Assembly: GCA_048938895.1 (NCBI GenBank)
Contig: JBHLLU010000004.1
Span: forward strand, 111,884 to 129,420
DNA length: 17,537 nucleotides
Source of the DNA: Promethearchaeota archaeon
GTDB lineage: Archaea; Asgardarchaeota; Lokiarchaeia; Sigyniarchaeales; SOKP01
Direction of reading: 5' to 3'
Every line of letters begins with the position of its first letter. The stretch's first letter is position 1. Positions 7,998 to 16,050 of this stretch are shown in pieces. The notes beneath the pieces were generated by a model. It searched no databases, was not told the origin of the DNA, and saw only the letters and a list, made by a program, of their open reading frames with translations. The position numbers and the translations under genes were made by a program.

Positions 7998-8204
7998 ATG
8001 CTCACTGAAGATGTTATCAAAATTTATCAACAAAGTATTGAACGTTTGGATGAAATAGTAATTCCAAATATCTCAGGTGCTGTCATGTCATTTCATAATT
8101 CTGATAAATTTGAAGAAAAATACATTTATACGGGAGAGGAGAAAATTCCTTTCAATGAAAGAGACTCTGAATATCAACAGATTTTTAAGGATGAATTTCT
8201 CTAA
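7998..8204 (+). CDS. Small hypothetical protein, paralog family member 2
   Basis: NISGAVMSF...YIYTGEEKIPFNERDSEYQQIFKDEFL; 16/25 identities with the 1355 ORF from IY to EF (manual count). Confidence 0.8.
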   Translation: MLTEDVIKIYQQSIERLDEIVIPNISGAVMSFHNSDKFEEKYIYTGEEKIPFNERDSEYQQIFKDEFL

Positions 8205-8270
8205 GGTAAGTTTATGCTTTAAAAATAAAGTAAAAAATATTTTTAGATAATCTCACCAAAAACCTGTTTC

Positions 8271-8278
8271 TTTATATA
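8271..8278 (+). promoter_or_regulatory. Putative TATA box for 8318-8629
   Basis: TTTATATA about 40 nt upstream of the ATG at 8318. Confidence 0.45.
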
Positions 8279-8317
8279 CATATAATTAAAAAAATCGTAA
8301 AAGAATATAGTTTTACG

Positions 8318-8629
8318 ATGTCTGTCAGATCAAATTCTATAGAAAAACAAGTTGAAGAATTTTTAGAAAATTCATATTGCTCTGAAGATACAGTATTTAA
8401 TGAGGAAATTCAAAAAAAACGATTTTCTTTGCTTTCAAGACTAGTAGATGATTTATTCAATTGTAATAATTCAATAATATGCTTCCATAATATCTCAAAT
8501 CTTATAATATTAATATTAAATATATATAATGAGAAATTTCCAATTGATGTTTACTCAAATGGTAAGAAAAGCTTAGTCCAAAAGCCGGATCCCGAATTAA
8601 AGCGTATTCTTAAAGAAAATTTTCTTTGA
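8318..8629 (+). CDS. Small hypothetical protein, divergent paralog family member 3
   Basis: C-terminal NISNLIILILNIYNEKFPIDVYSNGKKSLVQKPDPELKRILKENFL aligns without gaps to members 1 and 4 (S-x-L, D-[IV]-Y, E-x3-IL-x3-F). Confidence 0.75.
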   Translation: MSVRSNSIEKQVEEFLENSYCSEDTVFNEEIQKKRFSLLSRLVDDLFNCNNSIICFHNISNLIILILNIYNEKFPIDVYSNGKKSLVQKPDPELKRILKENFL

Positions 8630-8653
8630 AGGTGATCCAAAAAAATTAAACTT

Positions 8654-8959
8654 ATGGATTTCACTAAATTTGTCGGGAGCTTTCTCTTAAATAAACTCAA
8701 TCCTATGAAGAAATTAAATAAAAGGAGTAAAGTACATAACATGAGTTTAAAAATAACAGAGAAAAAAATACAGGATCTAGAACCTGAAACAGAAATTATC
8801 GAAAATTTCCCAGATATATCAAAGTTGATAATCCCTTTCTCTGTCGCGTTTAGAAGTTTTGGTCCATCAGATATATATACTGGAGAAGAATTAATTCCTT
8901 TTAAAGAAAAAGAAATTGAATTTAAAGAAATATTAATTCACGAATTTCTTGCTAAATAA
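8654..8959 (+). CDS. Small hypothetical protein, paralog family member 4 (probable true start 8741, 72 aa)
   Basis: DISKLIIPFSVAFRSFGPSDIYTGEELIPFKEKEIEFKEILIHEF; 24/45 identities with the 1355 ORF (manual count). AGGAG at 8723-8727 precedes the ATG at 8741. Confidence 0.8.
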   Translation: MDFTKFVGSFLLNKLNPMKKLNKRSKVHNMSLKITEKKIQDLEPETEIIENFPDISKLIIPFSVAFRSFGPSDIYTGEELIPFKEKEIEFKEILIHEFLAK

Positions 8960-9150
8960 AAACTCTCGAGCATTTCATTGGCTTTCATTGTAATTATTCA
9001 ATTCTCTTCCTTCTTTTTAGAATTTTATATAATTATATATATACTGAACCCAATATAATTCAAAAATCAAAATCTATGATTTATAATTGATAAATTATGG
9101 CAGTATTAAATAAAATGTTTGACAAAGTTCTTTAATTCCTAATTTTATTA

Positions 9151-9486
9151 TTATTTTCTATTTTCAATTGATATTGTTTCTGGCATTAGGAATGTATTTA
9201 AACATAAAGGACAAGAATTGTAATCTAATAACCAATTAGTAATACATTTTCTGTGAAATTGACTTCCACAATAAGGACATTTAATATTCCTATTTTGTTG
9301 CGAGTTAACTTTTTCATGACATATAACACAACTTATTTTCTTGATAGAAGAGAAATTAACCTTACCTAAACTTTTCCCACATGATGGGCAGAAGTTAATG
9401 TGAACTGTATTAGGCTTTGAAAATCTCCTTCCACAATAAGGACAAAATCTAAAATTATGATTAGTCATATTAATCCCATATTTCAT
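9151..9486 (-). CDS. Zinc-ribbon + RING-finger protein (putative E3 ubiquitin-ligase-like)
   Basis: N-terminal FCPYCG...FCPSCG zinc ribbon; C-terminal CVIC-x13-CPYC-x4-H-x2-C-x3-W-x6-CPLC with the RING-typical W and CPxC. Confidence 0.85.
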   Translation of the reverse strand: MKYGINMTNHNFRFCPYCGRRFSKPNTVHINFCPSCGKSLGKVNFSSIKKISCVICHEKVNSQQNRNIKCPYCGSQFHRKCITNWLLDYNSCPLCLNTFLMPETISIENRK

Positions 9487-9633
9487 GATTTATATTCTAA
9501 TCTAATCTAAATCTAGAGGATTAAAAAATGATTTCTAGACCAATTTCTATAAATTGAAAAATAAGAATTTTGAAAGAAATTCATTATTTATGTTTTTGAA
9601 GATAGAAATAAACAAAAACTTCTAAAAGTCAGA

Positions 9634-10422
9634 TTACTTAAATTTATTGATAAATTCCCTCAATGGAGTGATATATTCATGTTCATAAGAAAAAATATTA
9701 TTATGTCCCGCACCTTCAATCATCACCAGTTGTTTTTCTATTACTTCAGGCAAATTTTCATAAATTAGTTTTCCTTGATAGGAAGGAATAATCCAATCTA
9801 GAGTTCCGTGGATTACTAATGTAGGTTTGACAAATTTTCTAATCCTCGTATCATTCGAATACTCACTAAGAAATTCTGGGGTTATCTCTTCACCACTAAT
9901 TCTAAACAATCTTGACATCATATCATAAAGACTTGCGAATCCACTTTCAAATATTATTCCGTGTGTACTCTCTGGATTATGTGCTCCAATTTCAGAAGCA
10001 CAAACGCTTCCTAAAGATCGACCTAGAACAAAAAGAGAATCATTATAGCCCTTTTTCACTACCCATTTATGAAATTCATCATAAATGGGGAGGGCGTCAG
10101 TAATTAGACTTGTATAGAACGGATTACCTGAACTAAACCCATACCCCCGAAAGTCAACTACAGCTAAATTAACACCACATTGAAAGAAAAAACTTAGGAA
10201 ATACTGATATTCTGATGCAAGCTCTCCATTTCCATGAAATAACAAAATAGTAGGATAGTTAGGGTTATTTAGATAAAAAAAACCTCCGATAAGAATCTCT
10301 TTGTTAATTCTTAATTCTAACGTCTTTGTTTTTGGATCTAAACCTTCAGGTTTCCTAATCTTCCGAGGATAGAAAACCACATTTGAAACCACAGGATTGT
10401 CAATCAATAATTTTTTTGTCAT
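9634..10422 (-). CDS. Alpha/beta hydrolase (ABHD13/ABHD17/Bem46-like)
   Basis: FHGNG, DFRGYGFSSG, nucleophile GRSLG, HGTLDWIIP (Asp) and GAGHNN (His) complete the catalytic triad. Confidence 0.9.
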   Translation of the reverse strand: MTKKLLIDNPVVSNVVFYPRKIRKPEGLDPKTKTLELRINKEILIGGFFYLNNPNYPTILLFHGNGELASEYQYFLSFFFQCGVNLAVVDFRGYGFSSGNPFYTSLITDALPIYDEFHKWVVKKGYNDSLFVLGRSLGSVCASEIGAHNPESTHGIIFESGFASLYDMMSRLFRISGEEITPEFLSEYSNDTRIRKFVKPTLVIHGTLDWIIPSYQGKLIYENLPEVIEKQLVMIEGAGHNNIFSYEHEYITPLREFINKFK

Positions 10423-10425
10423 ACT

Positions 10426-11172
10426 TTATTGTGCCTTTCCTTGATTTTCAACCGCTTTAATTGCTTCTTCTAACTTCTCAGTATCTCCGAGATAATAATG
10501 ATTTATTGGTTTCATATCTTCATCTAATTCATAAATTAATGGTATTCCAGTAGGAATGTTCAATTCCACAATCTCGTCTTCAGGAACATTATCAAGGTAT
10601 TTTACAAGGGCGCGAAGGCTGTTACCGTGAGCAGAAATTAATATCCTTTGTCCTGATTTAATAGTTGGGACAATGGTATCATGCCAATAAGGTAAAACTC
10701 TCTCAACTGTATCCTTTAAACATTCTGTTAAGGGAATTTCTTCAGCTGTTAATCCTTTATATCTTCTATCATTTCCAGGATATCTTGGATCGCTCGTTTT
10801 TAATGCAGGAGGTGGTACATCGTAACTTCTCCTCCAGATAAGAACCTGTTCTTCCCCGACTTCTACTGCCATTTTTGACTTAAAAAATCCCTGGAGTGCA
10901 CCATAATGTCTTTCATTCAACCTCCAAGATCGGTGAACAGGAATCCACATTAAATCCATTTTATCTAAGACAATCCATAACGTCCTGATCCCTCTTTTTA
11001 ACACAGAGGTAAATGCGATGTCAAAAGTAAAACCTTCTTCAATTAATACCTTTGCTGCTTCATTAGCCTCTTCAATTCCTTTTTCTGAAAGATCAACATC
11101 AGTCCAGCCTGTAAATCTATTTTCTTTATTCCAAGTACTTTCCCCATGTCGTAATAAGACTATCTTATACAT
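10426..11172 (-). CDS. gpmA: 2,3-bisphosphoglycerate-dependent phosphoglycerate mutase
   Basis: [59 protein letters not shown] and LNIPTGIP are canonical dPGM motifs. Confidence 0.97.
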   Translation of the reverse strand: MYKIVLLRHGESTWNKENRFTGWTDVDLSEKGIEEANEAAKVLIEEGFTFDIAFTSVLKRGIRTLWIVLDKMDLMWIPVHRSWRLNERHYGALQGFFKSKMAVEVGEEQVLIWRRSYDVPPPALKTSDPRYPGNDRRYKGLTAEEIPLTECLKDTVERVLPYWHDTIVPTIKSGQRILISAHGNSLRALVKYLDNVPEDEIVELNIPTGIPLIYELDEDMKPINHYYLGDTEKLEEAIKAVENQGKAQ

Positions 11173-11336
11173 TTTATTTCATTGTTTACGATAATAATTC
11201 TCACATTACTTGAATATTTTAAAACTTCATATATATCTCTTTACTTTTTAATAGAGGTTAAGAATTAAATACATGAAGAGTCTAATTATTATCTAACACA
11301 AATTTAACTGGAATCCAAGAAAAAAAACATACACAA

Positions 11337-12035
11337 GTGTCTAATATGAAAAAAATAACAACAATGACTCTATTGTTATTTTGTTCTTTCTTATTACTTT
11401 TTCCTTTTGTATCTAATGTCGTAGGAATTACTACGCAAGGAGATACTACATTTGGGGTAGATAAGGGTCAAGAGTTAATTTGGAAAGTTACTGGGGGTGT
11501 ACCTGAATATAAAGGTTTTAAATATAATTTAACAATCGAAGATATTTATAATGGCTCCTATATGACGGTTGATTCTTTTATAATTGATGCTACTTTTAGA
11601 ATGTATAATAAGACATCAGATTCATGGATGACGTTGATAAATAATGCTTTTTATGTTGCCGCTAATGAAACTCAAAATTTCATTGCGTATGAAGCCAACA
11701 TATCTGCGGGAGGATTATATCTTATTATTCCCACCCCTATAAATTTAACTATGATTGGTGAATATGCTTTAGATACAGGATACTATGGAAGCTATTTAAT
11801 TGATGGAAGTACAATCACCATTGAGAGTATATTTTTAGGTACATACCATTTAACATATAATCCTGAGGGAATTGTAAAAAAAATGAAAGCAGAAATATTT
11901 GGTGCAACGTTTCTGGTAATGACTCTAGAAGGTGAAGGCGGAGGAGGAGGTATTCCCTTTGGTTATTCCTTCTTAATTTTTACTATCATAGCAATAATAG
12001 GATTAGTATACCTCAAAAAGAGAAATATTAAATAA
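11337..12035 (+). CDS. Secreted/cell-surface protein with a Gly-rich linker and C-terminal membrane anchor
   Basis: Signal peptide, 6 N-x-S/T sequons counted, C-terminal GGGGGIPFG + hydrophobic helix + KKR. The start may be the ATG at 11346. Confidence 0.8.
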   Translation: MSNMKKITTMTLLLFCSFLLLFPFVSNVVGITTQGDTTFGVDKGQELIWKVTGGVPEYKGFKYNLTIEDIYNGSYMTVDSFIIDATFRMYNKTSDSWMTLINNAFYVAANETQNFIAYEANISAGGLYLIIPTPINLTMIGEYALDTGYYGSYLIDGSTITIESIFLGTYHLTYNPEGIVKKMKAEIFGATFLVMTLEGEGGGGGIPFGYSFLIFTIIAIIGLVYLKKRNIK

Positions 12036-12036
12036 C

Positions 12037-12045
12037 TTTTTTTTT
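12037..12045 (+). terminator. Oligo-T terminator between convergent genes
   Basis: T9 directly after the stop codon of 11337-12035. Confidence 0.45.
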
Positions 12046-12052
12046 AATTTCT

Positions 12053-12409
12053 TTATTCCATTTTGAAGTCTTTAATTATACTTACATTTTTATTAAGATC
12101 AATAGTAATAGCAAGGAGTTTGGGCTCATCTTCTTCTTCAAATTCAGGATCAAACATTACAAAATAGAATCGCTTTTCTTCACTCTCAAATCCAACTTCC
12201 ATTTCGCCGCAATCTTCAGGTAAAATCTTTTTAATATCATCTGAGGCATTAGATCTTAGGATTTCGTATATTGAATCCTCAGATTTCTTCTGTTTGGCTC
12301 TGATTTCTTTTATTTTTGCGAAATCGAATTCCCCAAGGAATTTTTGAGCGTTTGTGTTTAATTCATTCCATTCATTAAACAAATTTTCGATATTAGGTTG
12401 TGAAGTCAT
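12053..12409 (-). CDS. Hypothetical acidic protein
   Basis: 118-aa ORF with an ATG start and protein-like composition that fills the gap between neighbours; no family recognised. Confidence 0.7.
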   Translation of the reverse strand: MTSQPNIENLFNEWNELNTNAQKFLGEFDFAKIKEIRAKQKKSEDSIYEILRSNASDDIKKILPEDCGEMEVGFESEEKRFYFVMFDPEFEEEDEPKLLAITIDLNKNVSIIKDFKME

Positions 12410-12502
12410 AAGAATTCATTGAATTTGACTAAATTAAAACTTCTTATTATTAAGGAAATAAATATTAATTGAAAAATTTCTTTAAAAAATCATAAATTTT
12501 TC

Positions 12503-13507
12503 CTAATCAATTACGGTAATAATTAATCGTGGCCAACTATTTTTTCCGTCAAAAGCATATGAGTCGAGCATTGGTTGAGTATTATTATAAATATCAGTTG
12601 CTTTAGAATAAAAATTATAGCTACCCGAAGTGTTAAAAGTTACTAAGACGTTCCAAAATACCCACACATGATCAGCATCAATAGATTTAATTATTTTTGC
12701 CTGTTGCCAACTCATTCCCTCATCAATAGTAAAATCCACTTTAGATATTCTTGTACCACCATATGCAGCTCCACCTATTTCAAGTGTAACACCTACTTGA
12801 ACTTTAACATAATCTTGAGGAAAGAATATTGTAGAATCAACATCCATCGGTGGTGAAGTGTCCCAGCCTTGATCGTCCCAAAAATCTTCTAGGGGCCTGT
12901 CTATAACTTCTATTTCTGTTACCCATGCGGGTTGTTTTGCTCCAAAGGATCCAGGATTTACTATTCTAAGAGGAAATCCTTGAACAAGAGGCAAAATTTT
13001 ACCATTCATATAAAGCGCTCCAAGAGTTCCGTTATTTTTTAGTTGAGCTAAAGTATGAGAAGCATAATAGCCATCTGCAGCCTTATATTTCACACCAGTA
13101 GCATTCGCTTTTAAGCCAAGAGACTCCAAAAAATTATACAATAAGAATCCACGCCAGACAGCAGTGGATAAAAGTGGACCTCTAGTTGGATTACCAATAC
13201 ATTCTGTTGTTAATGTCCGGTCAATTAAATTTAAATTTCGGAGCTCAGTAAGTGTAAAATTTTTTGGGTTATCAATTTGACCCCAAACATTTAACTTATA
13301 AGTACTCGAATCAATATTAGGAACTGATCCTATCCTAGTTATAAAATAATTTTCATTTTTTGTTATAAAATCTGGATATTTATTATTTTTTGAATTATCT
13401 AAATTTAAGAAGTTAGTTCCAAGGATAAGACAAACTCCGATTATGCCTACTACAATAACAATAATAATAGCAATCTTCTTTTTATGCAACAAATCAAAAC
13501 GTTTCAA
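12503..13507 (-). CDS. Sulfite-oxidase-family molybdopterin oxidoreductase with N-terminal membrane anchor and C-terminal Ig-like dimerisation domain
   Basis: ECIGN (Mo-ligating Cys), A.WRG..L, AADGY, MNG.ILP..QGFPLRIVNPG.FG.KQP.WV..IE, and GAAYGG..ISKVDFT.D.G.SW..A. Confidence 0.9.
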   Translation of the reverse strand: MKRFDLLHKKKIAIIIVIVVGIIGVCLILGTNFLNLDNSKNNKYPDFITKNENYFITRIGSVPNIDSSTYKLNVWGQIDNPKNFTLTELRNLNLIDRTLTTECIGNPTRGPLLSTAVWRGFLLYNFLESLGLKANATGVKYKAADGYYASHTLAQLKNNGTLGALYMNGKILPLVQGFPLRIVNPGSFGAKQPAWVTEIEVIDRPLEDFWDDQGWDTSPPMDVDSTIFFPQDYVKVQVGVTLEIGGAAYGGTRISKVDFTIDEGMSWQQAKIIKSIDADHVWVFWNVLVTFNTSGSYNFYSKATDIYNNTQPMLDSYAFDGKNSWPRLIITVID

Positions 13508-13687
13508 ATTAGTATATAATTATATTATTTTGATTTTAAGGCTGTTTGCTAATTTTTTAAAATATATCATTTATAAAACGATTTGCTCGATAACAACAAT
13601 TTAAAAAAAAAAATAACAATGAAAATAAACGTTATAAGCTCAATATATTTAATAATTTGATAATTAGAAATGATTTATTTTAGCAAA

Positions 13688-14257
13688 TTAAAATCTTCTT
13701 TGAGAAACATATTCCTGTTTTTCAATAGAAAATAACATAACCTTAAAACTTAGATAAGAATGCATATAATGTCCCAGATATTTCATTCCAATTCTTTCTG
13801 CAACTTTCCAACCTTTTGAGTTATCTGGGTGTAAAAAAACGATAATCTTAGGAATATTAAGTATATTAAACGAAAATTCAAATAATTTCAACATAGCCTC
13901 AATCGTATAGCCATTACCTTGATGAAAGGGAAGCAATGTGTAGAAACATTCTATTGCTTCATTCATATTTGATTTCATTAGTCCACAAGCTCCAATGTAC
14001 TCATTCGTTTCTTTTTTTAGGATTTTTAATATGAGATGAGCGTTAGGAGTATTATATGACCCAATAATTGAAGAAAATAGAGTTTTTGCTTTTTCAAGAA
14101 CTGAACCTTCTGATGTTCTATTGATATAATTCATGCAGTATTTGTTATTTATGGTGTCGAAGAAATTTTTGAAATTATCCTCCATAAAGGGGCAAAGTTT
14201 AAGTCTTCTTGTCTCTAATTTCTCGATACCTATCATATTATTTAGAATAATGTTCAA
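13688..14257 (-). CDS. RimJ/RimL-family GNAT N-acetyltransferase
   Basis: LETRRLKL, IGACGL, HQGNGYTIEA and DNSKGWKVAERIGM. The start may be at MIGIE. Confidence 0.85.
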   Translation of the reverse strand: MNIILNNMIGIEKLETRRLKLCPFMEDNFKNFFDTINNKYCMNYINRTSEGSVLEKAKTLFSSIIGSYNTPNAHLILKILKKETNEYIGACGLMKSNMNEAIECFYTLLPFHQGNGYTIEAMLKLFEFSFNILNIPKIIVFLHPDNSKGWKVAERIGMKYLGHYMHSYLSFKVMLFSIEKQEYVSQRRF

Positions 14258-14383
14258 ATTATTGATAAAAACTTATTAAGATCCTAATTTAAAGAAAAAT
14301 TAATAGTTATTCTAATAAATTGTAAAGATGAATTTTAGGATTTTCTTTGTAATTAGAAAATACAACCAATTAATCTTATAAGA

Positions 14384-15199
14384 ATGTTAAATTACAATAA
14401 AAGAATTAAAGCAAAACTTCATAATATAGTTTCCAGCAATATAATAATACTATTATTCTTTCTTTTTTGGTTTATATATTCAACCTATAATGTATTTATT
14501 AATATTATTTTTATTTCTTCATATTATCTTACTGTAATTGGTTTTATTCTCAGCGTTAAATATATAATTGAAACAGATCTAAAAGTATCGGTATCAGTAT
14601 ATTTAATGCTGTTTATAATTCCTTTAATATTTCTTTTAGATTTACTATACTTTTCTCTTCCTAATATTGATCCTTTTATCTTTTCTTTCTATGACTTAAT
14701 TGGATTAAACCACAGATTTGAAATTTATATCTTTCTTCCATTATTAACAATAATCATACTAAAGATTTTAGGCATTTATGTATATTTTAAAAGTAGAGCG
14801 GGAATTTTTGAAATGGGAAAAGGGGATGAAATTTTTTATTATCTTACTCATGATTTAAATCCTCAAAAAATAGCTTCTATTGGATTAATGTTTTCCCTAA
14901 GTGCATTTATAGAGGAATTAATATACCGAAGTTTAGTTTTAAGTGTACTTATTTATTACTTTAATTTTAACATGGTCATGGGTATTATGTTTGGATCGAT
15001 TCTTTTCGTAATTGTACATACCATAAGTTTAAGCGATTCAGGAAGAATGCTCTCTTTGATGATTTCTTCAATTATATACTTCATTACATTAATATTTTTG
15101 GGCATCTTGTATACTTGGCTCTTTCATTTAATGACAAATTTATTTGTAATGGTATTTTATTTACAAAGAAAGAAGAATGAATCGAAATATGAAAATTGA
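14384..15199 (+). CDS. CPBP family intramembrane glutamic endopeptidase (Rce1/Abi-like)
   Basis: Multi-pass membrane protein with EELIYR (EExxxR), FVIVH (FxxxH) and HLMTN (HxxxN). Confidence 0.85.
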   Translation: MLNYNKRIKAKLHNIVSSNIIILLFFLFWFIYSTYNVFINIIFISSYYLTVIGFILSVKYIIETDLKVSVSVYLMLFIIPLIFLLDLLYFSLPNIDPFIFSFYDLIGLNHRFEIYIFLPLLTIIILKILGIYVYFKSRAGIFEMGKGDEIFYYLTHDLNPQKIASIGLMFSLSAFIEELIYRSLVLSVLIYYFNFNMVMGIMFGSILFVIVHTISLSDSGRMLSLMISSIIYFITLIFLGILYTWLFHLMTNLFVMVFYLQRKKNESKYEN

Positions 15200-16004
15200 T
15201 TTCAAAGAAGCTAAGAATATAATAACAAAAAGCAATATTCCCTCAATTGATTATGTCATAAATCCTTATACAGGATGTCAACATGGATGTATCTACTGTT
15301 ATGCGGAATTCATGATAAGATTTACCAATCATAAGGGGGATAAATGGGGACAGTTTTTAGACATCAAAACATTTGATTTGGATAAGATTAAGCCTGAAAG
15401 ATATAATGGAAAGAGGATTCTCCTCAGTTCAGTTACAGATCCTTATTTGCCCTTAGAAAAGAAATACCAAAATACTCGAAAAATATTGGAAAAATTAATT
15501 AGTACCAAAGCTTCAGTTTCCATTCTTACGAAATCTAAATTAGTATTAAGAGATATCGATTTATTTAAAAAATTTGAGAATATAAGCGTGGGAATTTCAA
15601 TTAGTACATTGGATGAACAATTTGCCAGAATAATTGAAAGGGCAGCCTCCAAACCCTTAGAAAGGTTAGAAGCGATTAAACAAATTTCTCAAGAGGGTAT
15701 TGAGACATATACCTTTATCTCACCATATTTTCCAGAAATTACTGACTATAAAGGAATCATTGAAAACGTAAAAGATTTTTCAAATCGTTTTCTTTTTGAA
15801 AATCTCAATTTTAGACCTCACAATATTCCCAGAATAATGAAGGTGATAAATGAGAAATATCCTAATTTAATGCATATTTATAAGGATCTACAAAAAGATC
15901 GCGGATATTGGGATGTCCTTGAAGATGAGATCATGAATTTCTGTGAGGAAAAGAAATTAAATTACTCAATTGAATTCCATCATGGGGGATTTTCAAAAAG
16001 TTAA
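15177..16004 (+). CDS. Radical SAM protein, spore-photoproduct-lyase-like (SPL/Rv2578c-type) family
   Basis: INPYTGCQHGCIYCYA (CxxxCxxC), SSVTDPY, ILTKS.LVLRDIDL. Likely start is the ATG at 15189. Confidence 0.88.
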   Translation: MNRNMKIDFKEAKNIITKSNIPSIDYVINPYTGCQHGCIYCYAEFMIRFTNHKGDKWGQFLDIKTFDLDKIKPERYNGKRILLSSVTDPYLPLEKKYQNTRKILEKLISTKASVSILTKSKLVLRDIDLFKKFENISVGISISTLDEQFARIIERAASKPLERLEAIKQISQEGIETYTFISPYFPEITDYKGIIENVKDFSNRFLFENLNFRPHNIPRIMKVINEKYPNLMHIYKDLQKDRGYWDVLEDEIMNFCEEKKLNYSIEFHHGGFSKS

Positions 16005-16050
16005 TACGTCATTAACAATTTAAAAATCAAAAATAGCAAATTGTAAATAA

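Noticed and set aside
8170-8204. C-terminal QQIFKDEFL as a PCNA-binding PIP box
   Set aside because: Spacing does not fit Qxx[ILM]xxFF and the Gln is not conserved in the paralogs.
8654-8740. N-terminal 29-aa extension of family member 4
   Set aside because: Probably not translated: the ATG at 8741 has an upstream AGGAG and gives a length matching the paralogs. An SD-like GGTGAT at 8631-8636 leaves some doubt.
7998-8959. Small paralogs as RiPP precursors for the radical SAM/CPBP genes
   Set aside because: The radical SAM is SPL-like with no SPASM or RRE domain and lies more than 6 kb away. The conserved part is C-terminal, with no leader/core pattern.
8551-15652. Short ORFs 8551-8742, 9912-10103, 12668-12856 and 15443-15652
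   Set aside because: Antisense overlaps of better-supported genes.
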